From a virus (lineage: Duplodnaviria; Caudoviricetes), in the IMG/VR virus record IMGVR_UViG_3300042451_000960: a stretch of DNA of 64,000 bases. One strand, 5' to 3'. Under the pieces are notes generated by a model. That model saw only the letters and a program-made list of their open reading frames with translations, had not been told where the DNA came from and made no database searches. Shown one piece after another: positions 1 through 8,666 of the stretch (within the stretch, counting starts at the first letter, position 1; each line of letters opens with the position of its first letter). The translations under genes and the position numbers were made by a program.

Positions 1-1057
1 ATTCTGTTGAGAGATTGACTAAGAAGTTTCCAAAGTCTTTTGTATCAATTTTTCCTTTATATTCAGCAACTTGTGTACAAGTTGTAATATCCATAACATG
101 TGCGGCTGAATAGTCACTTCCATCTCCTCTCGCCACATCGGCTATCACCATATATGAACCATTTGCCATTGGATATTCCCATCTCCAAAGGTTTCCATCA
201 AATCCAGTCTTTTCAATTGGGTCTTGGCAAAATGTTTCTTTGTAAAACATCAATAGTTCAGGATCAATAACAGTATCACCAGAAGATACGAAATCACAAT
301 CACATTCTTGAGCTGCTTTCTTTTGTCCTAATAGTTTTTCTTGTTCATCTCTCCATTGTTGTCCTCTTTCAGGATGAACTGTCCAATGCAATCTAATTGT
401 ATTGAATGGATTTTGTCCTTCCTCTGCACCTAACCAAGTTTTGTGAAACCAGTTACCCACACCATTAGGAGTAGAAAGTGCAATACAACTACCACCCGTT
501 GATAAGGTAGATTGAGCTGCCACCCAAATCTCATCAATATCATCAATAAAAGCAGCCTCATCAAATATAAGAAGTGATAGGGCTTCGGAACGTCCTGCAT
601 CCGGAGAACTAGCAATAGCCTTAATTTGAGAACCATTGTGTAAACGAAGGGAAAGTTTATTATCTTCCAAAGAACCACCCTTCAACCAAGAAGGAAGTAA
701 TTCATGCATCACCCTTACTTTAGTTACTAAGTTTTTTGCTACATCTTGCTTTGTTGCAATAACCAATACATTGAAATCCGAATTGAATAACATTTTCCAA
801 AGTGCATAACCAGCTGATAGCGTTGAGATACCAGTTTGACGTGATTTCAATACTATATTAAAACGATTATTTGCAAATTGAGTTAATGTTTTTTCCTGAA
901 ATGGGAAAAGGTGAAAAGGTATTTTACCTCTCACCGGATGCTGAATCATACAATATTTTTTCATAAAGTGTATAGGGTCACTAGCACACTTTTTGTATTC
1001 TTCTGCAATAATCTCTTTTAAAGATTTCTTTTGTGTTATACCTAAATTTTGAGCCAT
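1..1057 (-). CDS. terL: Terminase large subunit (T4 gp17-like), 3' end truncated by the window edge
   Basis: Not in the ORF track. Hand translation from ATG at 1057: MAQNLGITQKKSLKEIIAEEYKKCASDPIHFMKKY...LKSRQTGIST (Walker A)...LLIFDEAAFI (Walker B)...ALSTPNG...ADVARGDGSDYSA (nuclease domain). The start overlaps the upstream stop (TAATG). Confidence 0.95.
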   Translation of the reverse strand, partial: MAQNLGITQKKSLKEIIAEEYKKCASDPIHFMKKYCMIQHPVRGKIPFHLFPFQEKTLTQFANNRFNIVLKSRQTGISTLSAGYALWKMLFNSDFNVLVIATKQDVAKNLVTKVRVMHELLPSWLKGGSLEDNKLSLRLHNGSQIKAIASSPDAGRSEALSLLIFDEAAFIDDIDEIWVAAQSTLSTGGSCIALSTPNGVGNWFHKTWLGAEEGQNPFNTIRLHWTVHPERGQQWRDEQEKLLGQKKAAQECDCDFVSSGDTVIDPELLMFYKETFCQDPIEKTGFDGNLWRWEYPMANGSYMVIADVARGDGSDYSAAHVMDITTCTQVAEYKGKIDTKDFGNFLVNLSTE

Positions 1058-1740
1058 TAATCAATTGGTGGTTTAACTAAATCGTAATTTTTATCTTTAA
1101 GTTTTTCCCAAGCCTCATTTCTTAGTTTTTTTGCCTGTTGTATTTCTTCTTCAAATCGTGTAATATCAGCAAGTATTTCTGCCTTTAATTCATTTACATC
1201 TCTTTCCATACTCCACTTTTCAAGCGTACCATCTTCTTGCACAACTTCATAATCTTGCTTAGCATCATTGTACGCTTGTTGAAATTGTGATACTACATCT
1301 TTACCATACGAAATCATATTATTGTATATTTTATAATCTTCATATGCTTCCCACAACCCATCTAATTTAATTGTTAATTCTTTTTTTGCTAAACAAGTTG
1401 CACAATATCCAGTTTTTGAGATGAGTTTTTTATCAGCTCTACTTAATTTAATTGTATTACAAGCATCACCCTTGCAACTATTTAATGCAGCTAGGTAAGC
1501 TCGTGTCTCAGCCATTATATCACCCAATTCGGATACTTCTACTTTACCAGCAGCATGTTGCTCCCAAGACTTTCCGTTTTCATCAGTCCATCTTTCACCA
1601 ACCTCACGTTTTACATTTTGTTTATCTGCCCCGGCGAATGATATTTGTGTATTTTTTTCATAATCACCGCCTGTTAAAACCATATTTACCAACTTTCGGC
1701 GGGTTGGATGCATGTACTTTTTTTGAAATTCCTTTGCCAT
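1057..1740 (-). CDS. Hypothetical protein translationally coupled to terL (possible small terminase or packaging factor)
   Basis: 227-aa ORF with four Cys (CKGDAC...CATC) and a helical C-terminal half; TAATG overlap with terL; phage promoter motif upstream. Confidence 0.75.
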   Translation of the reverse strand: MAKEFQKKYMHPTRRKLVNMVLTGGDYEKNTQISFAGADKQNVKREVGERWTDENGKSWEQHAAGKVEVSELGDIMAETRAYLAALNSCKGDACNTIKLSRADKKLISKTGYCATCLAKKELTIKLDGLWEAYEDYKIYNNMISYGKDVVSQFQQAYNDAKQDYEVVQEDGTLEKWSMERDVNELKAEILADITRFEEEIQQAKKLRNEAWEKLKDKNYDLVKPPID

Positions 1741-1763
1741 ATTAGTTTTGATATATTCGTATA

Positions 1764-1772
1764 TATAAGTAT
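1764..1772 (-). promoter_or_regulatory. Phage-specific (putative late) promoter motif ATACTTATA
   Basis: Intergenic, about 24 nt upstream of the ATG at 1740. Confidence 0.6.
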
Positions 1773-1792
1773 ATCAAAATTAAATAAAACGA

Positions 1793-4141
1793 TTATCTTC
1801 CGTACTTAAAGATACCCAATATTTGATTTAATGGTGCAAATGCTCCAGTCAATTTATAGGTATTTCCCCCATAAACGAAAACAATACCCTCATTTGGAAC
1901 AATTTTATCAAATCCACCTAAAGAATTTAAGCGGCTTAATTCAATTTTTAATTTATCAATTTGTTGTGGATTTCCAGAAGCTTTTATTTGCTTAATTGCA
2001 GTTCCCAATTCTTTTCTTAATTGTTTGGTTGCATCCGAAGGATTGGCGGTAAGTACAGATTCCATAAATGATAATACATCAGCACCAACACCTAAAAAGA
2101 TTTGTTCAAACTTCATTATGTTTTCTTTCATAATCTTTTGCTGGTCTTGCTTATCAGTTTTATCCGCCCATGCTTTTATCTTCTGGTCTTGTATTTGATT
2201 TATACGCATTGATTTATCACCAAAAGCCCATCTTTTAACCAACCCTATTTTTGAATTTATGTCTAATTTTTTTGCATTCTTTTCAACATAATTTTGCCAC
2301 CAAGCCTGATGGTAATCTGCTACTCCAGCTGAATCAGAAAGTTTAAATTCGTTTTGCAATTTATTAACCATTGATATATACTTTCCTTGTAATTTAGAAA
2401 GTTCTTGAGATTTTGGTAATGATTGTATTGGGGGTCCCTGAATTGTGTATGTATTTTGTACATGCTTATTAACTTGCTTAATCATACCAGCTAAGATAGA
2501 TGCCGCCTGTTGGTTCTCTCCGATTACTTCACCTTCTTTATTATATTCAAAAGTTCCGTGAAATACTAAAATGTTTTGTCCATATGGTATTACGTTTGAA
2601 TTCTTTGGATATATTACTTCCAAATTCATAAAACATGCACCATCTTTAAATATCTTCTTACGTTGTGGTTCAGTTAATCCTGCTATTGCTTTTGAAAGGT
2701 CATTCATAGCAAATGTATAAGCATCTGTAAGAGCACCTCTACCAGCAAATTGTTTTGCAACCTGCCCTATAGTCATTGCACCTTCACCTTTATTTTTTGT
2801 ATGAGATTTATTTCTTGCGGCAACCAATCTACCATTTACCCAACTAATTGCCAATGCCTGTCCATCAGTTTTTTCTCTTGCTAATTCCAAATCACCATTA
2901 AGAGCTTTAGTTACAATATTTTTAAGGTCACCAAATGTAAGATTCATCTGAATGTCAAATGGGTGATTCATATGTCCATATGCTCCACCTTCTAAAAGTA
3001 AACCTTCACTTAGTGGGGTTTCAATCTTTGATAATTTACTATAATAATTTGGGTCTTCGTATAAATGGTCTAATGCTATTTCTTTTGCAACATTTACATC
3101 GGTTGTATGCTCTCTTTCTACTGCATATCCTTTTATAAATTCGTTCTTTAAAGTCTGCTGACTAACTTTATGGTGTTTAGCTATATCCGATAGTGTCATA
3201 CCTTCGGCTTTTCCACCTGGTATTTTATCTTCTTTTACTTTAGTGTATTCCTCACTACCATCTTTATCCAATTTAGATTTTAATTTCTTAACATCTTTTG
3301 GATTTGGTGCTCCATTAATATATCCACCAGTCAAAGATAATCCAACACCAGCACCACCACCTAGTCCTTCTTTAATATCTTTCTTAGGAATTCTAAATGT
3401 TACGGCTTTCTTACCATTGATTGTTGGCATTCCCCATTCATCTTTTCCGATAGATTTAACAAAAACTTTTTTGTTTTTAAATTTACCCATTAAGATTTGG
3501 TCACCAATCTTAACATTTAATTTAATTTCTTCGTTAATATATTCTTTAAGAGATTTAAGTTTGAGAGTAATCATTTTGAATATTTGCTCATCAAACTTTG
3601 GATATGCTTTCATAAAACCTTTCTTTCTATCCGCTTCACTACCAGCACTTAACCAATAACGAACATCAGTTCCACTTATAGGATTTGATTGAGCAGGTGC
3701 TATATAAACGTACCCCCTATCCAAATATCCAGTATCTACTTTACCTTTATATGGTTTGAAGTATTTACCACTTAGACGTGAAGAATCTTTTTCACCAACT
3801 GCTGTTATAAATGCAGTAGTATCTGAATCAAATTTATTGAGTATTTCTTGTGGAGCGTATGGGTTTTTAATACTGACTATTTTGTTTGATGGAATACCAA
3901 ACATCTTTGTCATTATTACTTTCTTTTCCTTAAACCCGAATGGAGATTTCTTTGAATCGGTTACATCGGAAGTTCCTACATAAACATTATCCCTTCCAAA
4001 CTTCTTAACCAAATGGTCATACGTTGCGTAGTGACCCTTATGAAAAGGTTGAAAGCGGCCCGAATAGACAACTATTGTTTTGTCTATCTGAGCCGCTTCA
4101 CCTAATATGCTTTCTATTAAAAATTGTGCTAATCTGTTCAT
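1793..4141 (-). CDS. Multi-module protein: HIGH-motif nucleotidyltransferase (NadM/cytidylyltransferase-like) + DUF5661-like module + ligase-like KxDG domain
   Basis: GRFQPFHKGH near the N-terminus; GYAVEREHTTDVNVAKEIALDHLYEDPNYYSKL module; EGGAYGHMNHPFD...EKTDG domain. Confidence 0.75.
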   Translation of the reverse strand: MNRLAQFLIESILGEAAQIDKTIVVYSGRFQPFHKGHYATYDHLVKKFGRDNVYVGTSDVTDSKKSPFGFKEKKVIMTKMFGIPSNKIVSIKNPYAPQEILNKFDSDTTAFITAVGEKDSSRLSGKYFKPYKGKVDTGYLDRGYVYIAPAQSNPISGTDVRYWLSAGSEADRKKGFMKAYPKFDEQIFKMITLKLKSLKEYINEEIKLNVKIGDQILMGKFKNKKVFVKSIGKDEWGMPTINGKKAVTFRIPKKDIKEGLGGGAGVGLSLTGGYINGAPNPKDVKKLKSKLDKDGSEEYTKVKEDKIPGGKAEGMTLSDIAKHHKVSQQTLKNEFIKGYAVEREHTTDVNVAKEIALDHLYEDPNYYSKLSKIETPLSEGLLLEGGAYGHMNHPFDIQMNLTFGDLKNIVTKALNGDLELAREKTDGQALAISWVNGRLVAARNKSHTKNKGEGAMTIGQVAKQFAGRGALTDAYTFAMNDLSKAIAGLTEPQRKKIFKDGACFMNLEVIYPKNSNVIPYGQNILVFHGTFEYNKEGEVIGENQQAASILAGMIKQVNKHVQNTYTIQGPPIQSLPKSQELSKLQGKYISMVNKLQNEFKLSDSAGVADYHQAWWQNYVEKNAKKLDINSKIGLVKRWAFGDKSMRINQIQDQKIKAWADKTDKQDQQKIMKENIMKFEQIFLGVGADVLSFMESVLTANPSDATKQLRKELGTAIKQIKASGNPQQIDKLKIELSRLNSLGGFDKIVPNEGIVFVYGGNTYKLTGAFAPLNQILGIFKYGR

Positions 4142-4156
4142 ATAGTTATTATACTA

Positions 4157-4165
4157 TATAAATAT
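4157..4165 (-). promoter_or_regulatory. Phage-specific promoter motif ATATTTATA
   Basis: Intergenic, 15 nt upstream of the ATG at 4141. Confidence 0.65.
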
Positions 4166-4181
4166 TGAAGATTAACATTTA

Positions 4182-4586
4182 TTAATTTCCATCAATTTTT
4201 ACTTCACCTTCAGATGGTGCTTGTGGAGCTAATTGTTGTTTTTGCATTTCTGCAATTTGTTTTCTTGAAAGAGTTCCAGGTTGATATTGGATAGTTCCTT
4301 CCATAAGGTTCAAACGTCCTCCAGGATACCTATCATCCAAATCATCCATCATTTTTTTGAATTCATCATTTTTTTGTTTGAATTCTTCTTCAATTCTTAT
4401 AACAGTTTCATCAAGTTTTCTCGATTCTTCCATTAAATCTTTTCTTCTTAAATAAAGATTTCCAAAATCAGTTACATAATTACCCAACATAGTGTTAAGG
4501 TTTTTAACTGAATTTAAAGTTTCTTCATCAAGTTTTACTGTTTCGATTTCAATTGTTGTTTTTGTAGGAATGTTATCTAATGACAT
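4182..4586 (-). CDS. Coiled-coil hypothetical protein, paralogue of 8381..8638
   Basis: C-terminal DDLDDRYPGGRLNLMEGTIQY matches NDLNQKYPNGEIDLNEGSVTF. Confidence 0.75.
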   Translation of the reverse strand: MSLDNIPTKTTIEIETVKLDEETLNSVKNLNTMLGNYVTDFGNLYLRRKDLMEESRKLDETVIRIEEEFKQKNDEFKKMMDDLDDRYPGGRLNLMEGTIQYQPGTLSRKQIAEMQKQQLAPQAPSEGEVKIDGN

Positions 4587-4610
4587 AATTTATGTTTTTT
4601 TGTTTGTATA

Positions 4611-4619
4611 TATAAGTAT
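4611..4619 (-). promoter_or_regulatory. Phage-specific promoter motif ATACTTATA
   Basis: Intergenic, upstream of the ATG at 4586. Confidence 0.6.
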
Positions 4620-4620
4620 A

Positions 4621-5010
4621 TTACTTTTTATTTTTTAAAATCTTAGATGTACTAAAGCCTGGTATTTTGTTGAAATATTCAATTTTTGGTACAAATTCTG
4701 CGCCTATTATTTGTTCATAACTATAATCGTTTCCAATTACCATAATATCAGGTCCCCATTCTTTTATTCTTTCGATTAATTCATCATCAGAATCAAAAGA
4801 GACCACAGAGTCAACACCATTGATAGCGGATAGAAACTCCATACGGTCAGCCAACGTATTGAACGGCCTTCCCACTCCTTTTTTTGAACGAACTCTTTCA
4901 TCCGTATCAATCCCCATTCGTAAGGTGCCCAATGATGCACCATGTAACATAAGTCTGATGTGGCCAATGTGCAAAACATCAAAAGTTCCATTTATCCAAA
5001 TTTTTTTCAT
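4621..5010 (-). CDS. Sugar-phosphate nucleotidyltransferase resembling the adenylyltransferase domain of HldE/RfaE (ADP-heptose synthesis) or TagD
   Basis: NGTFDVLHIGH...KGVGRPFN...R...VDSVVSF...PDIMVIGNDY...STSKI motifs. Confidence 0.85.
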   Translation of the reverse strand: MKKIWINGTFDVLHIGHIRLMLHGASLGTLRMGIDTDERVRSKKGVGRPFNTLADRMEFLSAINGVDSVVSFDSDDELIERIKEWGPDIMVIGNDYSYEQIIGAEFVPKIEYFNKIPGFSTSKILKNKK

Positions 5011-6167
5011 TATAAGAATTTCTCTAATTCTTTAATTACCATATCAGATGTAATTAATTTAGTACATTCAAATTGTCTTTCAGTACCTTTGTGGTCTGGG
5101 CACCAATTCCAATCACCAGCATCTAAACGTATTCTATTGAAACATCCTTCACATTTCCCTTCCGGAGAACCTATTCTAACACAATCTTTCATTTCTGCCC
5201 ATTTATAAGAAAAACCACTAATTAAGACTGTAGGTACATCTAATGCCCAACTTAACCAACTTAACCCACTACCAATTCCAATAAATGCTTTTGATTTTAA
5301 TAATTCATCCATAACTAATTCAATTGGACCATCGGGGTGTTTGATAACTCCATTTGGAATTTTATTTCCCATATAATCATCACCTTCTTTGGATATAATT
5401 CTAACAACATACCCTCTTTCGTTTAACCAATCAACAACTTCTTGCCAACCTGTTGGATTATTCCAAAACTTAGATTGTGCAGTACCAAACATACCAATAC
5501 AAACTTGTTTTAAATTATAATCTTTTGTTATGTATCTTTCTTTTATTTTAGGTTTAATTTCTTCATATTCTAATCCTAATATATCAGAACACATTTTTTG
5601 TAAAGTTGAACTTTTTGGGTCATTTGGATTTTTAAAAATGTTATGTGAATTATCTTCATTATAAAATAACCCAACACAATACATAGCGTATAAATTTTCA
5701 ACATTTGTACCCGGCTGTACGAATTCAATATGTGGATACCCATTTTCAAACATATCATTCATAAAAGTTGAAACAACAACTTTACATTTATGTTTTTTTC
5801 TGAATTCCTCTACATAAGCAAACCAAGCTAAAGAATCCCCAAGAGCTTTTGAATCTAATGCTATATAAACTCTTTTTTCTTCTGCATTAAAATAATGTGT
5901 ATGGAAATGATTATCGTTTTCATATATTTCTATACGCCAATCAATAAAATATTCTATACTACATCTAGACCACATATTGTTTTCTATTTCAGAAGAAAAT
6001 ACAATTTTATCAGAATTATTATCAATAAAATTAATTTTATATTTTGCTTTTTTTGGTCCTTTTATTTCAACAAAAGGTCCTTTAACAAAATGAATTAATA
6101 CTTTGTTTTTTATTTCAACAATATTATTGTGATTCTTTTTTAAATTATCGTAAATCATTAATCCCAA
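5010..6167 (-). CDS. Aah/TibC-like protein O-heptosyltransferase (autotransporter strand-loop-strand type, GT9-like fold)
   Basis: SKALGDSLAW catalytic-Asp loop, QSKFWNNPTGW, FIGIGSGLSWLSWA, LISGFS and the four-Cys iron site CEGC...WCPDH...FECTKLI. Confidence 0.85.
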   Translation of the reverse strand: MGLMIYDNLKKNHNNIVEIKNKVLIHFVKGPFVEIKGPKKAKYKINFIDNNSDKIVFSSEIENNMWSRCSIEYFIDWRIEIYENDNHFHTHYFNAEEKRVYIALDSKALGDSLAWFAYVEEFRKKHKCKVVVSTFMNDMFENGYPHIEFVQPGTNVENLYAMYCVGLFYNEDNSHNIFKNPNDPKSSTLQKMCSDILGLEYEEIKPKIKERYITKDYNLKQVCIGMFGTAQSKFWNNPTGWQEVVDWLNERGYVVRIISKEGDDYMGNKIPNGVIKHPDGPIELVMDELLKSKAFIGIGSGLSWLSWALDVPTVLISGFSYKWAEMKDCVRIGSPEGKCEGCFNRIRLDAGDWNWCPDHKGTERQFECTKLITSDMVIKELEKFL

Positions 6168-8338
6168 GTTTTTATAGTTTCATCCAATAAAGAATATCCT
6201 TCTGCTTGTTTGGAGTACATTTTATTAGTAGTATATCTAGGTTTTGGATGGTGATAAAATATATGATTAAACCAAAGGTCGCCCACATCCCATTCACAAT
6301 CTTTTATTCTATCCATCCACCAGCTTTTGTTTCTATTTGGAATTAAATAAGCGTGTGCAAGGTCTTGATTGTGTCCTGTTTTTGTAAACAAATCATCAAT
6401 TCTATATTTTTCTCGTGATGGGTTATCTGCCAATCCTATAAAATATACATCATCTCTTTCTGAAATAAAACAGGCTTTATGAACTATGTTTACAAATTCT
6501 TCTAACCCTGTGTAAATAAATGCATCGGCTTCAAATATTAAAGTATAATCGTAATTCGTATCATCTATTGTTTCTATAGCGTTTCTATGTGCTAAATAAC
6601 AACCATAATGTCTACCAGTTATCCAACCCAAACCAGCACCAGGATATAATTCACCAGGTTTATTATCTTTACTTAAATGCTCAGGTCTTCTACAATGTTC
6701 TGCCGGCGGTAACCCTTCATAAACCTTATTAACAATTGGTTGATAATCAATTCCATATTGACGTAATTGTTTTAAAGATTGAATAGATACTCTTTCACGC
6801 ATATCATCCGGTCTTGTCAACATATGTTTTATTTGAATACGTGGTTTTTTACGAACAAAAGATAAAAAATCTTTTTGAATCTGTCCATAAAAAAAGTGAT
6901 TAGCTGCATCTGTTACTCCACTAAAAACTCCAAAATCATCTCCACTAATAATTCCACCAGGTTTTACTTTATGATACCATCTATCTAACTCACCTAATAC
7001 AAAATCTCTACTATGCCCACCATCAATCATTATATAATCAATAGAATTATTTTGAAATAGTTTAGAAGCATTTTCTGATGTATCTTTTATAGTATTAAAC
7101 GCTTCATAATTATTTGAAATAACTGTGTTATCAACGAATTCATAAAATATATCTCCATTGAAAGACCCTACAATATCTATGTGTAATTCTTCATCTCCAG
7201 TTCCTTTAAATGTATCTATTGTTGTAAATGAAATATTCTTTTTAGAATCTCTAATTTTTTTTGCTAAATAATTTGTAGATTTTCCAAACCAAGAACCAAC
7301 CTCAACAAATGTAGAATTAAAAGGTGCAGTTTCTACCATTCTATCATATAAATTTTCATATGAAAACCAACCAGGTATTTCGTAAAATTCAGGTTTTAAT
7401 TTTTGAAGTAATAATTGTTTTGTTTTTTTAGTATCATCATCAATATATGTTACTAAATTATTGTTATCATATGTATCCAAAAAAGTATGCAATCTTCTAA
7501 ATAAGCATGGGAGCTTGTAAGAAAGAGCTTCCTTTACCGATAATGGATTTAACTCTAATATTGATGAAAAATAAAACAAATCAGATGCTGCATAAAATGT
7601 ATCAACATCATTTCGCTCTCCCCATATAACACAATTATCAGGTTTATGTTTCATTAGTGGCAACCAGTAATTTTCAAAGTTCATAGCTTGGTTTCCAACA
7701 AAATGAAATTTAATTTTATATTTTTCCAATTGCCTTGCTACTGAAAATATTTCTTTTTGATTTTTGCCCGGTGAAAATAATCCAACATTTAAAATATGCT
7801 TCCAAGTTGGGTCAAATCCTAATTTTTTTTGCGCTTCTTCTTTATCAAAATTATATTCTTCAATGGGATATTCCCAAAGTTGAGTTTCAACTCCTAAATT
7901 AGCATCATCAAATTTTTGTTTACTCCACTCAGATACCAAAACATATCTATCTGGATGATGTGTAATATCTAATGGATTTGTAAATGAACCATGTGTTGTT
8001 GCTACGATAAAATATTTTCTTTTGTTATCAAATATTTTATCTAATATTTCATTTGATAAATCAAATTGTGGGATTTCTTGAAAATGAATTATATCAGGTT
8101 TGTAGTCTTTAATTATATCAAGTATTTTAGATTTATCCTCACCTAAAGTATGTACAATAGCTAAAGATTTAATTCTATTTTTTTGAACTACAAACGCATC
8201 ACCACCACTATTGTTTATTTCAACAACTTCAATATTAAAATCATTTAAAAAATGCTTTACTTGCTTATATGTATATTGTGGTTGTCCGCCTGTTGAAAGG
8301 TGTGGACATACATAAAGTAACTTTTTTCTATTTTTCAT
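6158..8338 (-). CDS. Tri-domain protein: GT-B (GT4-like) glycosyltransferase + class I SAM methyltransferase + GT25-like glycosyltransferase
   Basis: NVGLFSPGKNQ...ELNPLSVKEALS (GT4); FVEVGSWFGKS...MIDGGHS...KPGGIISGDD (methyltransferase); HYGCYLAH...LIFEADA (GT25-like). Confidence 0.85.
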   Translation of the reverse strand: MKNRKKLLYVCPHLSTGGQPQYTYKQVKHFLNDFNIEVVEINNSGGDAFVVQKNRIKSLAIVHTLGEDKSKILDIIKDYKPDIIHFQEIPQFDLSNEILDKIFDNKRKYFIVATTHGSFTNPLDITHHPDRYVLVSEWSKQKFDDANLGVETQLWEYPIEEYNFDKEEAQKKLGFDPTWKHILNVGLFSPGKNQKEIFSVARQLEKYKIKFHFVGNQAMNFENYWLPLMKHKPDNCVIWGERNDVDTFYAASDLFYFSSILELNPLSVKEALSYKLPCLFRRLHTFLDTYDNNNLVTYIDDDTKKTKQLLLQKLKPEFYEIPGWFSYENLYDRMVETAPFNSTFVEVGSWFGKSTNYLAKKIRDSKKNISFTTIDTFKGTGDEELHIDIVGSFNGDIFYEFVDNTVISNNYEAFNTIKDTSENASKLFQNNSIDYIMIDGGHSRDFVLGELDRWYHKVKPGGIISGDDFGVFSGVTDAANHFFYGQIQKDFLSFVRKKPRIQIKHMLTRPDDMRERVSIQSLKQLRQYGIDYQPIVNKVYEGLPPAEHCRRPEHLSKDNKPGELYPGAGLGWITGRHYGCYLAHRNAIETIDDTNYDYTLIFEADAFIYTGLEEFVNIVHKACFISERDDVYFIGLADNPSREKYRIDDLFTKTGHNQDLAHAYLIPNRNKSWWMDRIKDCEWDVGDLWFNHIFYHHPKPRYTTNKMYSKQAEGYSLLDETIKTWD

Positions 8339-8348
8339 AACTTATTTA

Positions 8349-8380
8349 CAAATATACGATTTTTTTTTGGAATTTCCAAA
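8349..8380 (-). promoter_or_regulatory. Bacteroidota sigma-70-type promoter (-33 TTTG, -7 TATATTTG, 20-nt spacer) for the glycosylation operon
   Basis: Minus strand reads TTTG-gaaattccaaaaaaaaatcg-TATATTTG, 10 nt before the ATG at 8338; matches the TTTG-N19-21-TAnnTTTG consensus. Confidence 0.8.
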
Positions 8381-8638
8381 TTATTTTTGAAACGTTACAC
8401 TACCTTCATTCAGGTCTATTTCTCCATTTGGATATTTTTGATTCAAATCATTTAATAAAGTATCCAATTCAACGGAAACTTGCTTATATTCAGTTTCCGC
8501 TCCCAATATGATTTTTTTAAGCTCTGATAATTCTAAATACAACTCCCCTATATTATATATAAGTTCGGTTTTTTTGGTTGAAAGGTTTTTTAAGTTAATT
8601 AGTTGATATTCTTCTAATTTTTCAGTTTGTAACTCCAT
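8381..8638 (-). CDS. Small coiled-coil protein directly downstream of the tail fibre (possible fibre assembly factor)
   Basis: 85 aa; paralogue of 4182..4586. Confidence 0.75.
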   Translation of the reverse strand: MELQTEKLEEYQLINLKNLSTKKTELIYNIGELYLELSELKKIILGAETEYKQVSVELDTLLNDLNQKYPNGEIDLNEGSVTFQK

Positions 8639-8666
8639 ATGTTTTTATTTTAAATATATTTTAAAT

